DNA of 64,000 bases from Eledone cirrhosa (lineage: Eukaryota): positions 309,442,001-309,506,000 of the forward strand of contig OZ024742.1 of the NCBI GenBank assembly GCA_964016885.1, given 5' to 3'. A program made the position numbers and the translations under genes. This document shows positions 13,101-25,100 of the stretch, piece by piece. The notes beneath the pieces were generated by a model, which searched no databases, was not told the DNA's origin, and saw only the letters and a list, made by a program, of their open reading frames with translations. Position 1 is the first letter of the stretch. Every line of letters begins with the position of its first letter.

Positions 13101-16100
13101 TTCCAGTTATCATCTATGTCATACAACTCTAAATCGTCTTCTTTTTTGTCATACACATCTTGAAGGGCTTTGCTAAATTTATATTTTAATGAAAGGTCTT
13201 TTAGCTTCCAGACCTTTCTTTTCCACACCTTCCTGTATGTCTCATTCTTTCTCTTGCTTACTGAGATGTCACTAACGACTAACCTATGCGGTGGGGTACA
13301 TTCTTCCCCGGGGCATGCCTTAGTATTTGACACCATCTGTCTGTCTCACTGTCTAACTAGCAGGAAGTCAATCTGGCTTATGTGCTCACCTGATTTGTAG
13401 GTTATTAGGTGGTTGGTAGGCTTCTGGAAGTTAGTGTTGCAAATGGTTAGTGCACTTGCATCACAAAATTCAAGAAGCCTCACGTCTTCATTTCTTGAGC
13501 CGTAACCGTGCCCACCATGTACCCCACTGTATCCATCCTGGAGCTGTCCAACATGACGATTGAAGTCCCCTGCTAGCATAACGATGTCTCTGTCCTCTGT
13601 CATTGAGGCTGTTTGTAAAAGTTGCTCGTAAAAGCAGTCTTTCTCTTCTTTACCTAGGCCTGCCTGGGGAGCATAGGCAGAGATGATTGTCAGTAGTCTC
13701 TTGTCTACAACTAATCTAAGCTTAATTAATATATATATACAGCTAAATCTGAACTCGGGTCGGAACAGCCGGAGCTCAGCCATCGGGTTCCTGGCTCTTT
13801 TCCTATTACCCACTCTTCTACCCTAAGTATTGAGTACTCTGATGCGTTATGGTCCACCTGGTATCTTACCACACTCTCTTTATTGTTTATATATATATAT
13901 ATTCATTCTATTTTTCATTCTTTTAGCTTAAAACAGTTCTGGAATATTCTGATAGAATGATGAACAAGGTTGCAGATCTCTGTGGTGATCATCCAAAGGT
14001 AGAAATCTATTTTTTGTCTATCTTTTTATTTTACTTCTCTCAATGTTATTGTCTGTAACAACTTGTCCAACTCATGCTAGCAAAAAAAAATGGATGTTAA
14101 ATTATGATGATGATTTACCCCATGATCTGGAAATGTTACTTGTAGTACATAAACTAACATTCTAACTAGGGGAATAGTTAACTCACATCTGTTTCAGGCC
14201 AGGAGCAAGTCATATACTCTCAGAGACTCATTAGTTAGGGCTATGAAATCATCATTATCATCGTCATTGTCATTTTAATGTCTGCTTTCCCTGCTAGCAG
14301 GGTTGGACAAGTCCATATAGACAAAGTACTGAAACGGAGCCACTGATCTCCCAGGTAGGCCAGGGACCTGTGAGCTTATGGTCTCATGTTCCATTGAGTG
14401 CTCAGAAGAGCTTGTTATGCCTTTGACACAACTGAGGGTCTTCTCAACCATTTGTTTGACAAGATTTCTATGACTAGATGCACTTCTTATCACCAACCAC
14501 TTTACAGGGATAACTAAAATAATCTATTACTGTAACCTTAGGCGTGTGGCTTAGTGGTTTGAGAATTAGATTCACAATTGTAAGGTTGCGAGTTCAATTC
14601 CTGGACCAGGCAATGTGTTATGTCCTTGAGCAAGACACTTTTTCACATCGCTCTTTCTACCAGGAGTTGCAACCTGTAGGTAGTATCAGCAATGGAAAGA
14701 CATTGTTTCCTTGGTCCGATTTGACAAGTTGCACCCCACTTGGGTAAGCAAATTGGATCTGGGATCTTTTTGATCAAAAGTAACCTCAAAGCTATTTTGG
14801 TTTTGATGATTTTATTTATTAATTTGTTTTTTTATCCATGGCAGAGGTACCAAGCTTTCCCGTCAGTTACAGCAGCACCTAATGCTGACACTGGTGTTAT
14901 CAGCAAAGTGTGAGTAGCAACAAATATTTCTCTTACTTTTCTTGTCATCTTCACTACTATCACCACTGCTACTACCGCTATCACTGCTATCTCCACCATT
15001 ATCACCACCAACTCCATCACCATCACTACCAACTCTATGACCATCGCCACCAACTCCACGACCATCACCACCATCACAATAACTCCACCACTATCACCAC
15101 CAACTCCACCGCTATTCTATAGGCATGGAAGTGCCATTAGCTGGGCCTGTCCGAGATGTGTGCAGGATGACGAAACCATCCTGCATGCACTTGTCAAGTG
15201 TTTGACCATTGTTGACTTGTGGGTTTATGTCGAACACCTGCTGTCACATGTAGGACAGATATGACTATCAGCTGAGTACATCATGAAGATTGCCCTGCTG
15301 CTGCCTTTTAACTAGGAAGGGCTGGCAGTTTTTATCTGCCTTGTGGCCGTGGCAAAAAAAGGTCATGTGGTAGATGTGTCTGAAAGGTTTGAAGACAAAC
15401 ACTTTCCTCTTTGGCAAAGCCCTGATTAACATTTTCAGGTTTCACTTGAAGAGGAAAATCAAGGTGGTGAGTGAAGTCCTGCCTTCCAAGTAGTTTGTTG
15501 AAAGGTGGGTGAGAGAGGCAAGCATGGCCTGAGTGAATGGGCTTGCTCTGTGTATGCATCTGTAGATTGTAGGAGGAGGACTGGGAGAGAGCACTTGCCC
15601 TAGCTGTCTGGGTAACTGTGGCTTTTTGTGGGCTTTCTCCATGTGTGACCCTCAGAAGGGGAACTTATCTTGTTTGAAATTTTTACATGTTTTCTTTGTT
15701 TTTGTTAAAACATTTTTACACATTAAAACCAACACTGTACCATCCTGTGGGCCTAAATCAGAAATCATTATTATTAAAATCGACCCCAGTGCGTAACTAG
15801 AGCTTTATTTTATCGACCCCCATAAGGATGAAAGCCAAGTTTAGCTTTGCCTTTCATCCTGAAGGGCTCGATAAAATAAAGTACCAGTCACACACTGGGG
15901 TCGATTTAATCGACTTTCCCCTCCCCTCAAATTGCTGGCCTTGTGCCTAAATAACAAAACATTATTATTGTTGTTGTTATTGTTGTTATTGTTACAGTTA
16001 CCTGCCAAAAGAGGTCCCTGAGTTTCATAGCCATCTGGATACATTGAGCAGCAGTTTAATGGATCTATCTGCTCTCAATGATGATTGTCATACACAAGGT

Positions 16101-19100
16101 TGTAAATATTTTATTTAACTCCATTATTCAATGTCGATATAAATATCACATTTTTGTTATGTTTGAAAGAGTTCTTAGAAACACCCTTAAAACTAACAGC
16201 TGGTTAAGCTTGTATCTAGGAACAGAAAACACATAGATGGTTAAGCCAGCACTATCTAGGAACAGATCACCTAGATAGCAGAAGCTATCAACTACTTCTA
16301 TAGTTCCTTCCTGGGATTGGAAAAGGCTTATATCACTGGCCTAGTAGTATGATCATAATGTCATGGGTTTGATTCCTGGACTGGGTTGTGTGTTGTGTTC
16401 TTGAACAAAACACTTCATTTCACATTGCTCTAGTACACTCAGCTGAAAATGAGTACCAACAGTGGAGGTTGCTTTGCCTGTCTTCATATCCTTAATTGCC
16501 TTACTATGTTGTCTTTGACTTGTACAGCTGGTCTCTCTAATCGATCCACTTGAGGGAGACTATCTTCTTCCCATGCATTCTTATTCAGCTGCTTCATTTA
16601 TTTAAAATCCTCAGAAAAGTCAAATAATTTGGGGTTCAAATTCGATATTTATGTATCTAAAGGAAGAGGAAACTATTCTTTATATATATATATATATGTG
16701 TGTATATATATATATATATATCATCATCATTTAACGTCTATTTTCCATGCTAGCATGGGTTAGGTGGGTTGTCTGTCCCATTTGAGACAAGTCAGGTCAG
16801 GTGACCATGTCTTGTTCATACAGAACTGTTTCTGGCTTGGTTTCAACAGCTGAATGCCCTTTCTAATGCCAACTACATTTACAGTGTGTGCTGGGTGCTT
16901 TTTGTCATGACACCTATATGACCACTTTACAGTATGGGTGTGACAATGATAATGAGTGATAGTATAGTGGTAGAGAGATGTAGATACAAAGATAATCATT
17001 GACTGGATAGAGACAAATCAAATGTTATCCTTTGTGATTCAGTCAGAGTAATACAGGGAACGATAATTGTGGGTGTAATGAATAAGGTAATAGATTAAGA
17101 TTTTAACAGATATTCATCTAGAAAGGTGACAGTAACTCCGAATAAGAACTGACTGAAACTCCTACGACCCATCCGGCCACTGCCAGCCTGGAAATCAGAC
17201 ATAAACTTATGATGATGTTTTATTGCCTAGTGTAGCAATTAATATTCTAAATAATCTCTCTTATTTCTTTGGAACATTTTAAATCAGGAATTGAGTCGGC
17301 ATCTGCATCTTCTAGATCACTGCCATCAGTCGCATACACTAGTCACAGTGATATGGAACAGTTTCGGAAGTTACTGGAAACAGAAGAAAAGAACCTTCTA
17401 GAAACCCAATATTCCATGACAAACCAATTACCATCTCAGTCTGCCAAGATTCTTAACCGTATTTATAAATTTTTATTTAACTCTTTCGTTACCATATTTT
17501 TAATGAAATTCACTGCCTATGATTTTCAATTAATCTTAACCCTTTAGCATTTAAACCAGCCATATCCGACCAGAGTTCTCTCACCTCTTTCTGTTCAAAC
17601 CGGCTGTGACCGGCTGCTCATACTAATGTTAGGGTATTGTTCTCAAAATAAATATCAAAATCTTGTAGATCTGATATTATGTGAGATAAAGTGAAAAAAC
17701 AATAGTAAATATAGACTAATATAAATGCTAAAGTTTTAAATATAAGGATTTGGAGTGATTTATTAATATACTTAACTTTCTCTTCTTTATGCTGGTATAT
17801 AGAACATAACATAATAAAAGTTCTTACATGAAATTATGATAAAAGATATTTAGATAAATATAAACACTGTAAGACAGTTTTGTATTGTATAACTATGAGC
17901 AGTTGCAGGCTGTTTGATATAAATGGGTTTAAAAAAATACCTTTTGTTTTAATGTTTTACTTTCATGTTAGTATAGATAGAGTTGCTTTGTTGGAGCCAG
18001 GGTTTCATTTACAGGGATGAGTTTCCTAATTCTAAACATTCAACTATAAAGTCGGAGTAGAACTTGTATTTTCACAAACAGTTTAACAATCATCATCATC
18101 ACCATCATCTAGTTTGTCTTGTCACAAGCATTGGATAAACTGGAGTAAACTAAGTTGAGATGCTATTGATACAAACACTACTAGAGTGGAGAGGTGGCGA
18201 ATTGGCAGGGTTATTAGAACATGAGATAGAATGCTTTATAGTATTTGTTCTAACTCCCTGCACTCTGAGGTCAACTTTGCCTTTCATCCTTTCAAGGTTG
18301 ACGAAAAATGTACCAGTCTAGAACTGGGGCCTACTCTTCTAGATCTCTTTCACTCTCCCTCTTTCTATTGAAGAAACTGGCTATGTTCAACCTTGGTTTA
18401 AAATATCTAAGCGCCTCTACAACTCCATCAAGAATTGACAAAATGAAGGATGATGAGTGGGTGAGGAAGGGTGACCTCCAACAGTGTGGAAGGTACTGTA
18501 ATGATAACAGCTAAGGGTTATCACTGATGTATCAGGGTTTTAGAGGGGGATATCCTGGGTAGAGTAGGAAAGGTATGGGTACTGAGTCTCAATAGAGTAG
18601 GGGGCTTTAATTTGTTTTTTTACGTCTTTTTTCTCTTCACTTTTCTTTCTGCAAGTCAAATCACATAAAAGCGATCCTTTTCATCTCAATCTCTTTGAAC
18701 AAGTCAAGTGGATTTGCATGCGAGTTTGGCAATTCTGCTGGGGTTGCCACCATGTACATGTGGCAATGCATGGATGACAATCACCAAATCAGGGCATGTG
18801 ACTTAAGGTTTAAATCCCTTTGGAAAACAACTCTGGTTTGGTTATGGTTCTGTCTTGAAGACATTAAACCATTATCGCTCAGACGCAGCCTGGTATCACT
18901 GCTCTATCGATCAAGTGTATAAACCCTTGCTCTGAATCCGCGGTTCCTCTTGTACTTGATAGGATAACCGTAGCCGAGTTGACATTACTTGTTCCTGCAT
19001 GGCATAGACAATGGTGTGCGAATACAACAATGACGACAGCAGATCACCACAGGACATCTTAAGCCATGTACATGCAGTGTATCAGGATAAAACTAACCTG

Positions 19101-22100
19101 TTTCATCATGTTAGTTTAAAAAAATATATATATTATTATTTGAAATGTAGTTGTCCCAACTCAAATGACCATAATAATAGTTGATCTCTATAAATGTTAA
19201 CTTTACCAAATTTTCTCAACTTTTTTATACACTTATTTATAGTGATAAACTATTATTATTATGCTCATGTGCTTTGGGACGACTACATTTCAAATTTTCC
19301 CAATGCTTCTGAAATCATCTGATTGTTTACATTAATAATATTATTATCACCTTCCATCATTCTGGGATTGATTTAACTTCCCCCACCGCAGTGCCAGATT
19401 TAGGACAAATGAGGCCCTGTGTTAGCTAAGTTATGAGGCCCCAGACATTTGAAAAATTCATTGTAAAAAAATGTTTTTGGCAGGAAGATGGGCTCCCCTG
19501 GTCAACGGGGCTCTGTGTTTAAACACACCTAAGCACATTGGTAAATCTGGCACTGCCAGAATCGGTAGAGCTTGGGACACCATGCTATGCAGCATAAAGT
19601 TACAGCCATTTACGTTCTGAGTTCAAATCCCACTGAGGTTAGCTTTGCTTTTCATCCTTATGAGGGCGATAAAGTAAAGTACCAGTAATGCACTGGGTAT
19701 GATTCAAGTGCTGGCGTTGCGCCTAAATCAGAAACCATTATTATTTAACCTGTTTATTTATATTTTTATACATGTATATTTTTCCAGAAAATCCTCAAGA
19801 TGTTGCAGGTGTTTTCACTCCAGATCAGAAGAGCAGAGCTTCCAACACAGCTGTTAATGACACAACAAAAGTGAACAAGGTTCGCAGAGTTCTTCCTGAA
19901 GACACTTCCCAAGAGGACCCCTCTTCTGACACACAGTTTAGATTAAATGGAGGAATAACACACTCAGACTCTGGCTTCACTCTCAAAGATCTCAAAAAGG
20001 TTAACTATTTTTAGTTGGAGCTCTTTTCTTTCCTTCTTTGTTCCTTGATTGTTTGAGGTGTATGATAAACACAGCTTGGCTGAATAGTTAAGGAGTTTGT
20101 TTCACTATCATTAGGTGCCCGGTTTGATCCTCTTTTTCTTCGCACACTTATTCCTGAGAGGGTTATAGGGGCAGAGTCTTCAAATACTCCTTCCAGCGGG
20201 TCCTGTCAGAAGTAAGCATTTCCAACTGATCTGGCTGGATCCCCAAGTGAGACCAGCTAAGTTCATGGATGTTATCCAACCATCTTGCTCAGGGTCTACT
20301 CTTGGGTTTCCAGCTGGTTGGTTTTGCCCATAAAATCTGTCCAGCAATACGTTCCTGAGACATTCTAACTACATGCCCACAGTATCGGAGCTGTGATCTC
20401 TCAATTTGGAGAAGTAGCAGCTCTACCAGGAGCATGGAAAATGGATGTTAAACAGTGATGATGATGATGATGGTGATATATAATGTTATTTCTATTTTTA
20501 GGTCCTGGAAGAAATGCAACGAGAAATGGTTATTTATGAAGAAAATACTGGTAAGGTGCCGGCTGAGAAACAACAAAAGGAGACATTTTCGGGCTACACA
20601 ATGTCTCTCTGTCAGACAGTTATTAAGTTGTGCCGTTATCTTAGAGAAGTAAGTCACTTTATTCTCAATATCTAAATTATATACAGTATGTCCCCCAAAA
20701 ATGTATATACACTTTTATTTGAATGCTGTTGAAGTGTGTATACATTTTTGGGGGACACCCAGTATATCTTCATCATCATCGTTTTAATGTCCACTTTCTC
20801 TGCTAGACCAAGTTAGTACTGTATTGGTTTCTACTCATCCCCAGAGAAGCCAGGAATCTGTCCTCTTGCTTATGTATGGTCTTACGTTCTACTGTGTACA
20901 CAGAGGAGGTTGTCAAGTCTTTGACAACTGAGGTTTCTTCCGAACCCTTTGTTTGGCAAGCTTTCTATGGCTAGATGCCTTTCCTATCACCAACCACTTT
21001 ACAGCATGTGCTGGGTACGTTTATCGTGTAGGTCACCAAACACTAAGGAGGCTGTCAAATCCTTGACAAGACTGAAGGGTCGCCCCAGCCCTTTGTTTGG
21101 CAAGCCTACCTCAGCTGGATGCTCTTTCCATCACCAACCACTTCACAGAGAGGCAGCTGCTAGGAATGGAGTGGGGAGAAGGAGGTGTAGTAATGTAATA
21201 TTGAAAATTGCTGTTAGTGAGTGCTAGTGGAAGCAGGGGACATGAGATATATATGTAAAAAGTAAACGGAAACAACACAGCACAATGAAGAACTATATTA
21301 GTTTAACACTTAATATAGTAGGAATAGAGGCTTTATGTTTCGGACACTAGTCCTTCATCAGAAGATAGAATGAAAGATGAAAGATAAAGAGTGAGAAGAG
21401 GAAGAAACAGAAAAAACATTTTTGAGAAAAGGCACATGTGTATTCAGTCAACCATTTTGGATGTGTGTGTGTGTGTGTGTGGTTAAGGAGTTCTCTTTGC
21501 AGGTATATGGTTTCAGGTTCAGTCCCACTGTAGCACCTTAAGTGGTTCTTAGTATAACCCGGGGGGGGGGGGGGGTAGTGTAATTTAGTAGATGGAAACT
21601 ACAGAAGCCTGTAGTGTCTGTGTGTGTGTAAATTCATGTCTGTATTTATGTTGCATACCTTAGTGAACCCCAAAAAAAGAGATTGATAAAATAAGTACCA
21701 AACTTGAAAATATTGGGGCCAATATGATTTATTAATTTCCTTTAAAGTCCCAGAATGGCCATGTCTAATGACTGTAGCCAGTAAAAGAGGACACACATGG
21801 TTAAGAAGTTTGCTTTGGAACCACTGGGTTTTGAGTTCACTTCTACTGTGTGCACCTTTGAGAAATCTCTTCCACTATAGCCTTGGGTCAACCAGTGCCT
21901 TCTGATGGAATTTGTAGATGGAAACTGTAAGAAAGTTGATGTCTATGTGTGTCAAAGATTTGTTGGGTTGTTGCAGTCTGAGACCAGATAGTTCGGTATA
22001 ACTTCGTCTTGCTCATGTATTCTATATTTGGCATAGTTTGTGATTGGATGCCCTTTTTAAAACTAACCAACTTATAGGATGTAGGGGGTGCATTTTTTGT

Positions 22101-25100
22101 GACACCAGCACTACAGAGTGGACGGGGTGTGTTGATCCTGGGACCCAATACGCTGTAAGTGGTAATGCTGGTGCCATGACAGAATGCACACAGTACACCT
22201 TGTAAAATGGTAGGCATCAAGAAGGGCATCCAGTTGTAGAAATCATGCTAATGAAGATAATGTTGATAAAGGTGATGACTCACGTTCTGTGTGATTTTAT
22301 AAATAAAAGGCTGTAACTAAATGCCATAAGATTCTACCAATCTTGCTATCTACCACTCTATTTGTGTTTAGATAATAATAATGATGATAATAATATGTTA
22401 AGTAATAAATAAACTGTCTCAATTTTTCAGACTGATGAGAAACTTCAAGAACAGAGGAAAATGTGTGAAGAACTTATATTGGAATCATCAGAGTTGAAAC
22501 TTCTTATAGATGCACTGACTTTGGTAAAGAAACTTTCTAAGAAAATCTCTTGTTGTACGGTTGTATCTCAAACCCATGCCAACATGTTTATATAGTTAAA
22601 AGGATGTGTATGTAATTTTATGTAATAACCTTTGTTGAGTTATGTTCCAAACATCATCTTATTAATGAGAAAGTTAGTAATATTGCTAAATCCTTACAAA
22701 TTCTTCAACATTTTCAAAACTATTTCAACAGCATAGTCAGTGTCTTTAATTAGAAATATGGTAATGAAAGGGTTAATATAAAGAATAATCTGTGATGATT
22801 TGTTAATTACAAACTTTCTATTTCAGAATTTGATTGAGACTCAAGATAAATACAACAGTCTCTATGTTGACATGAAAGAACACCAAAAAAATACAACTCA
22901 AGAAATTGCCTCTCTAAAAGTATGTAGTGATTGGGAGAAGGAAGAGAATGTTTCTCTATCTTACAACCTTAATTTAGCTCTGTATTGTCATTTAGGTGTC
23001 ATTTTATTGTGGGATGTTTACATTTCATACTTTACCACTGACATCTCTGAATTAAATTTACCTCCCCATCCCCACACATTTCTCCCACCAAAGTTGCCAG
23101 CCATCACTGTAAAGTGGTTGTGATGGCGACACAACAAAAAGCGCCCGGCCCACACTGTAAAGTGGTCATGTAGGTGTCACATCAAAAAGCACCCAGTCCT
23201 CACTGTAAAGTGGTTGTGTAGATGTCACAACAAAAAGCACCCAGTACTCACTGTAAATGTGGTTGGCATTAGGAAGAGCATCCAGCTGTTGAGACCAAGC
23301 CCAAATCAAATCTGTATGAGTAAGACATGGTCACCTAACCTGGCCTATCTCACAATGGGACAACTCGTCTAACCCATACTAGCATGGAAAAATGGATGTT
23401 AAACAGTGATGTTGATGATGATGATCAACACCACTATCCTATCCCCCCTGCCACATCATACATCCTCCTCTATAGGGTAGAGATGACATTTCAGTTGCAA
23501 CATGACAATCTCTTTACTGCTTGTGCCATGAAAAATGTACCTTCTACACCTTGTAAGGTGGTTGATGGGAAGGGCATTCAGCTATAAAAACCATTCCCAA
23601 AATAGACGAGAGGACTTTTCAGGTGTGTCAAGCGCATGATAACCTCTCTAGTGCTGATGCCACAATAAAATGGACATTAAATGATGGTGGTAATATGATG
23701 AAGCTTTGTTTTTCCTTTATACATGTCTTTTATTCTGTGTATGTAAATATTTACTTCATGCGGGTTGCCTTGAACAAGCAAAGACACCATAGAGTAAAGA
23801 GGACTCTTTATAGTCTTGCAGGCCACTAGGCAATCTCAGTAGTGTATTGGATAAAATATATCCAATACACCCTGTAAAGCAGTTGACCCAATGAGTGGAG
23901 ACAACATAAAATTTAGAGGACCCTTTAGTTTAAGCAAGGAAATGGTAGTTATTGTGTCATGATAAAAAAAGTTTTTTTTTTTTTTGTCTCAAATTATTGT
24001 TAATAATATCTAATATCATCATTTAATGTCCATTTTTCCTGTTAGAAAAAGTTGGATAGCTTGTCACAGACCAAGTCAGTAGTTAAGCAGAACTACTGAC
24101 TTCTTATTTGGGAATGTGTGTGCGGAGGAGTGACTGCATCTCACTTACAAATGTTCAATCTTGCTTATGTATGTATCTCGCTTAATCAACATTTTAGCCA
24201 TTGTTTTATAAGTTTTTTTTTTATTTTAATCCAGAAAAGAGTCAATTTACAAACTTCCCATGGAATGGGTGACACAGATTTACCACAACAACTGCAGCAG
24301 CAGCAGTCCTCTCTACTCCATCAACAGTTTCCGTCTTCACAGATCCCTTCAGACACCCATCAACAGGACCTCTGTCAGATAAATCAGTTACCTTTACAGA
24401 ATCCTCACCAGTTGCCTACTCAGGTCCATGCCCAATTACACACACAGATCCAACGGCCACAACAACAGTCATCTACACAGACCCAGCTGCAGCAGCTACA
24501 ATCACTCATGCAACAACAACTTCCACACACTGCCTGCAACTTTCACTCACTTTTGGATGACAAAAGAAAACGTACAAATTTCTTTCATTTTTTTTTTTTT
24601 TTTTTTTTTTTTTCTAATTAATTCCACATAATTCTTTGATTATTAGGGTTTATCTCTATTTAGCATGGGAGAGATTTAACCTTTTGATAGTAACCCACTT
24701 GAAACCAACCCTGTTTTTTTTTTAATACAAAACTGCCTATTTTAAAGTGTTTATATTTATATTGAAAGTTTCTGTCATAATTTAGTTTTTATTAAGTTGA
24801 TAGTAAAGCCTCACAGTGAATGGTTTGTGCTATTTCATTATATCTCTTTACATTCTGAGTTAGTTTGTTAGTGTTGGATATTTGTGCTATGAGAAAACAA
24901 ACCCATTATACGCTGTGAAGTAGTTAGCATTAGGAAGGGCATCATCATCACCGTGTAACATCCATTTTTCCATGCTGGCATGGGTTAGACGAGATATCGT
25001 GTTGTGAGCAATGATGGTAGGTCAGGTGGCCATATCATGCTCATACAAAACCGATTTTGGCTTGTTTCTACAGCTGGATGCCCTTCCTAGCACCAACCTC

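Noticed and set aside
14832-15122. His-rich and Val/Met-rich ORFs
   Set aside because: Translations of a (CAC/CAT)n microsatellite
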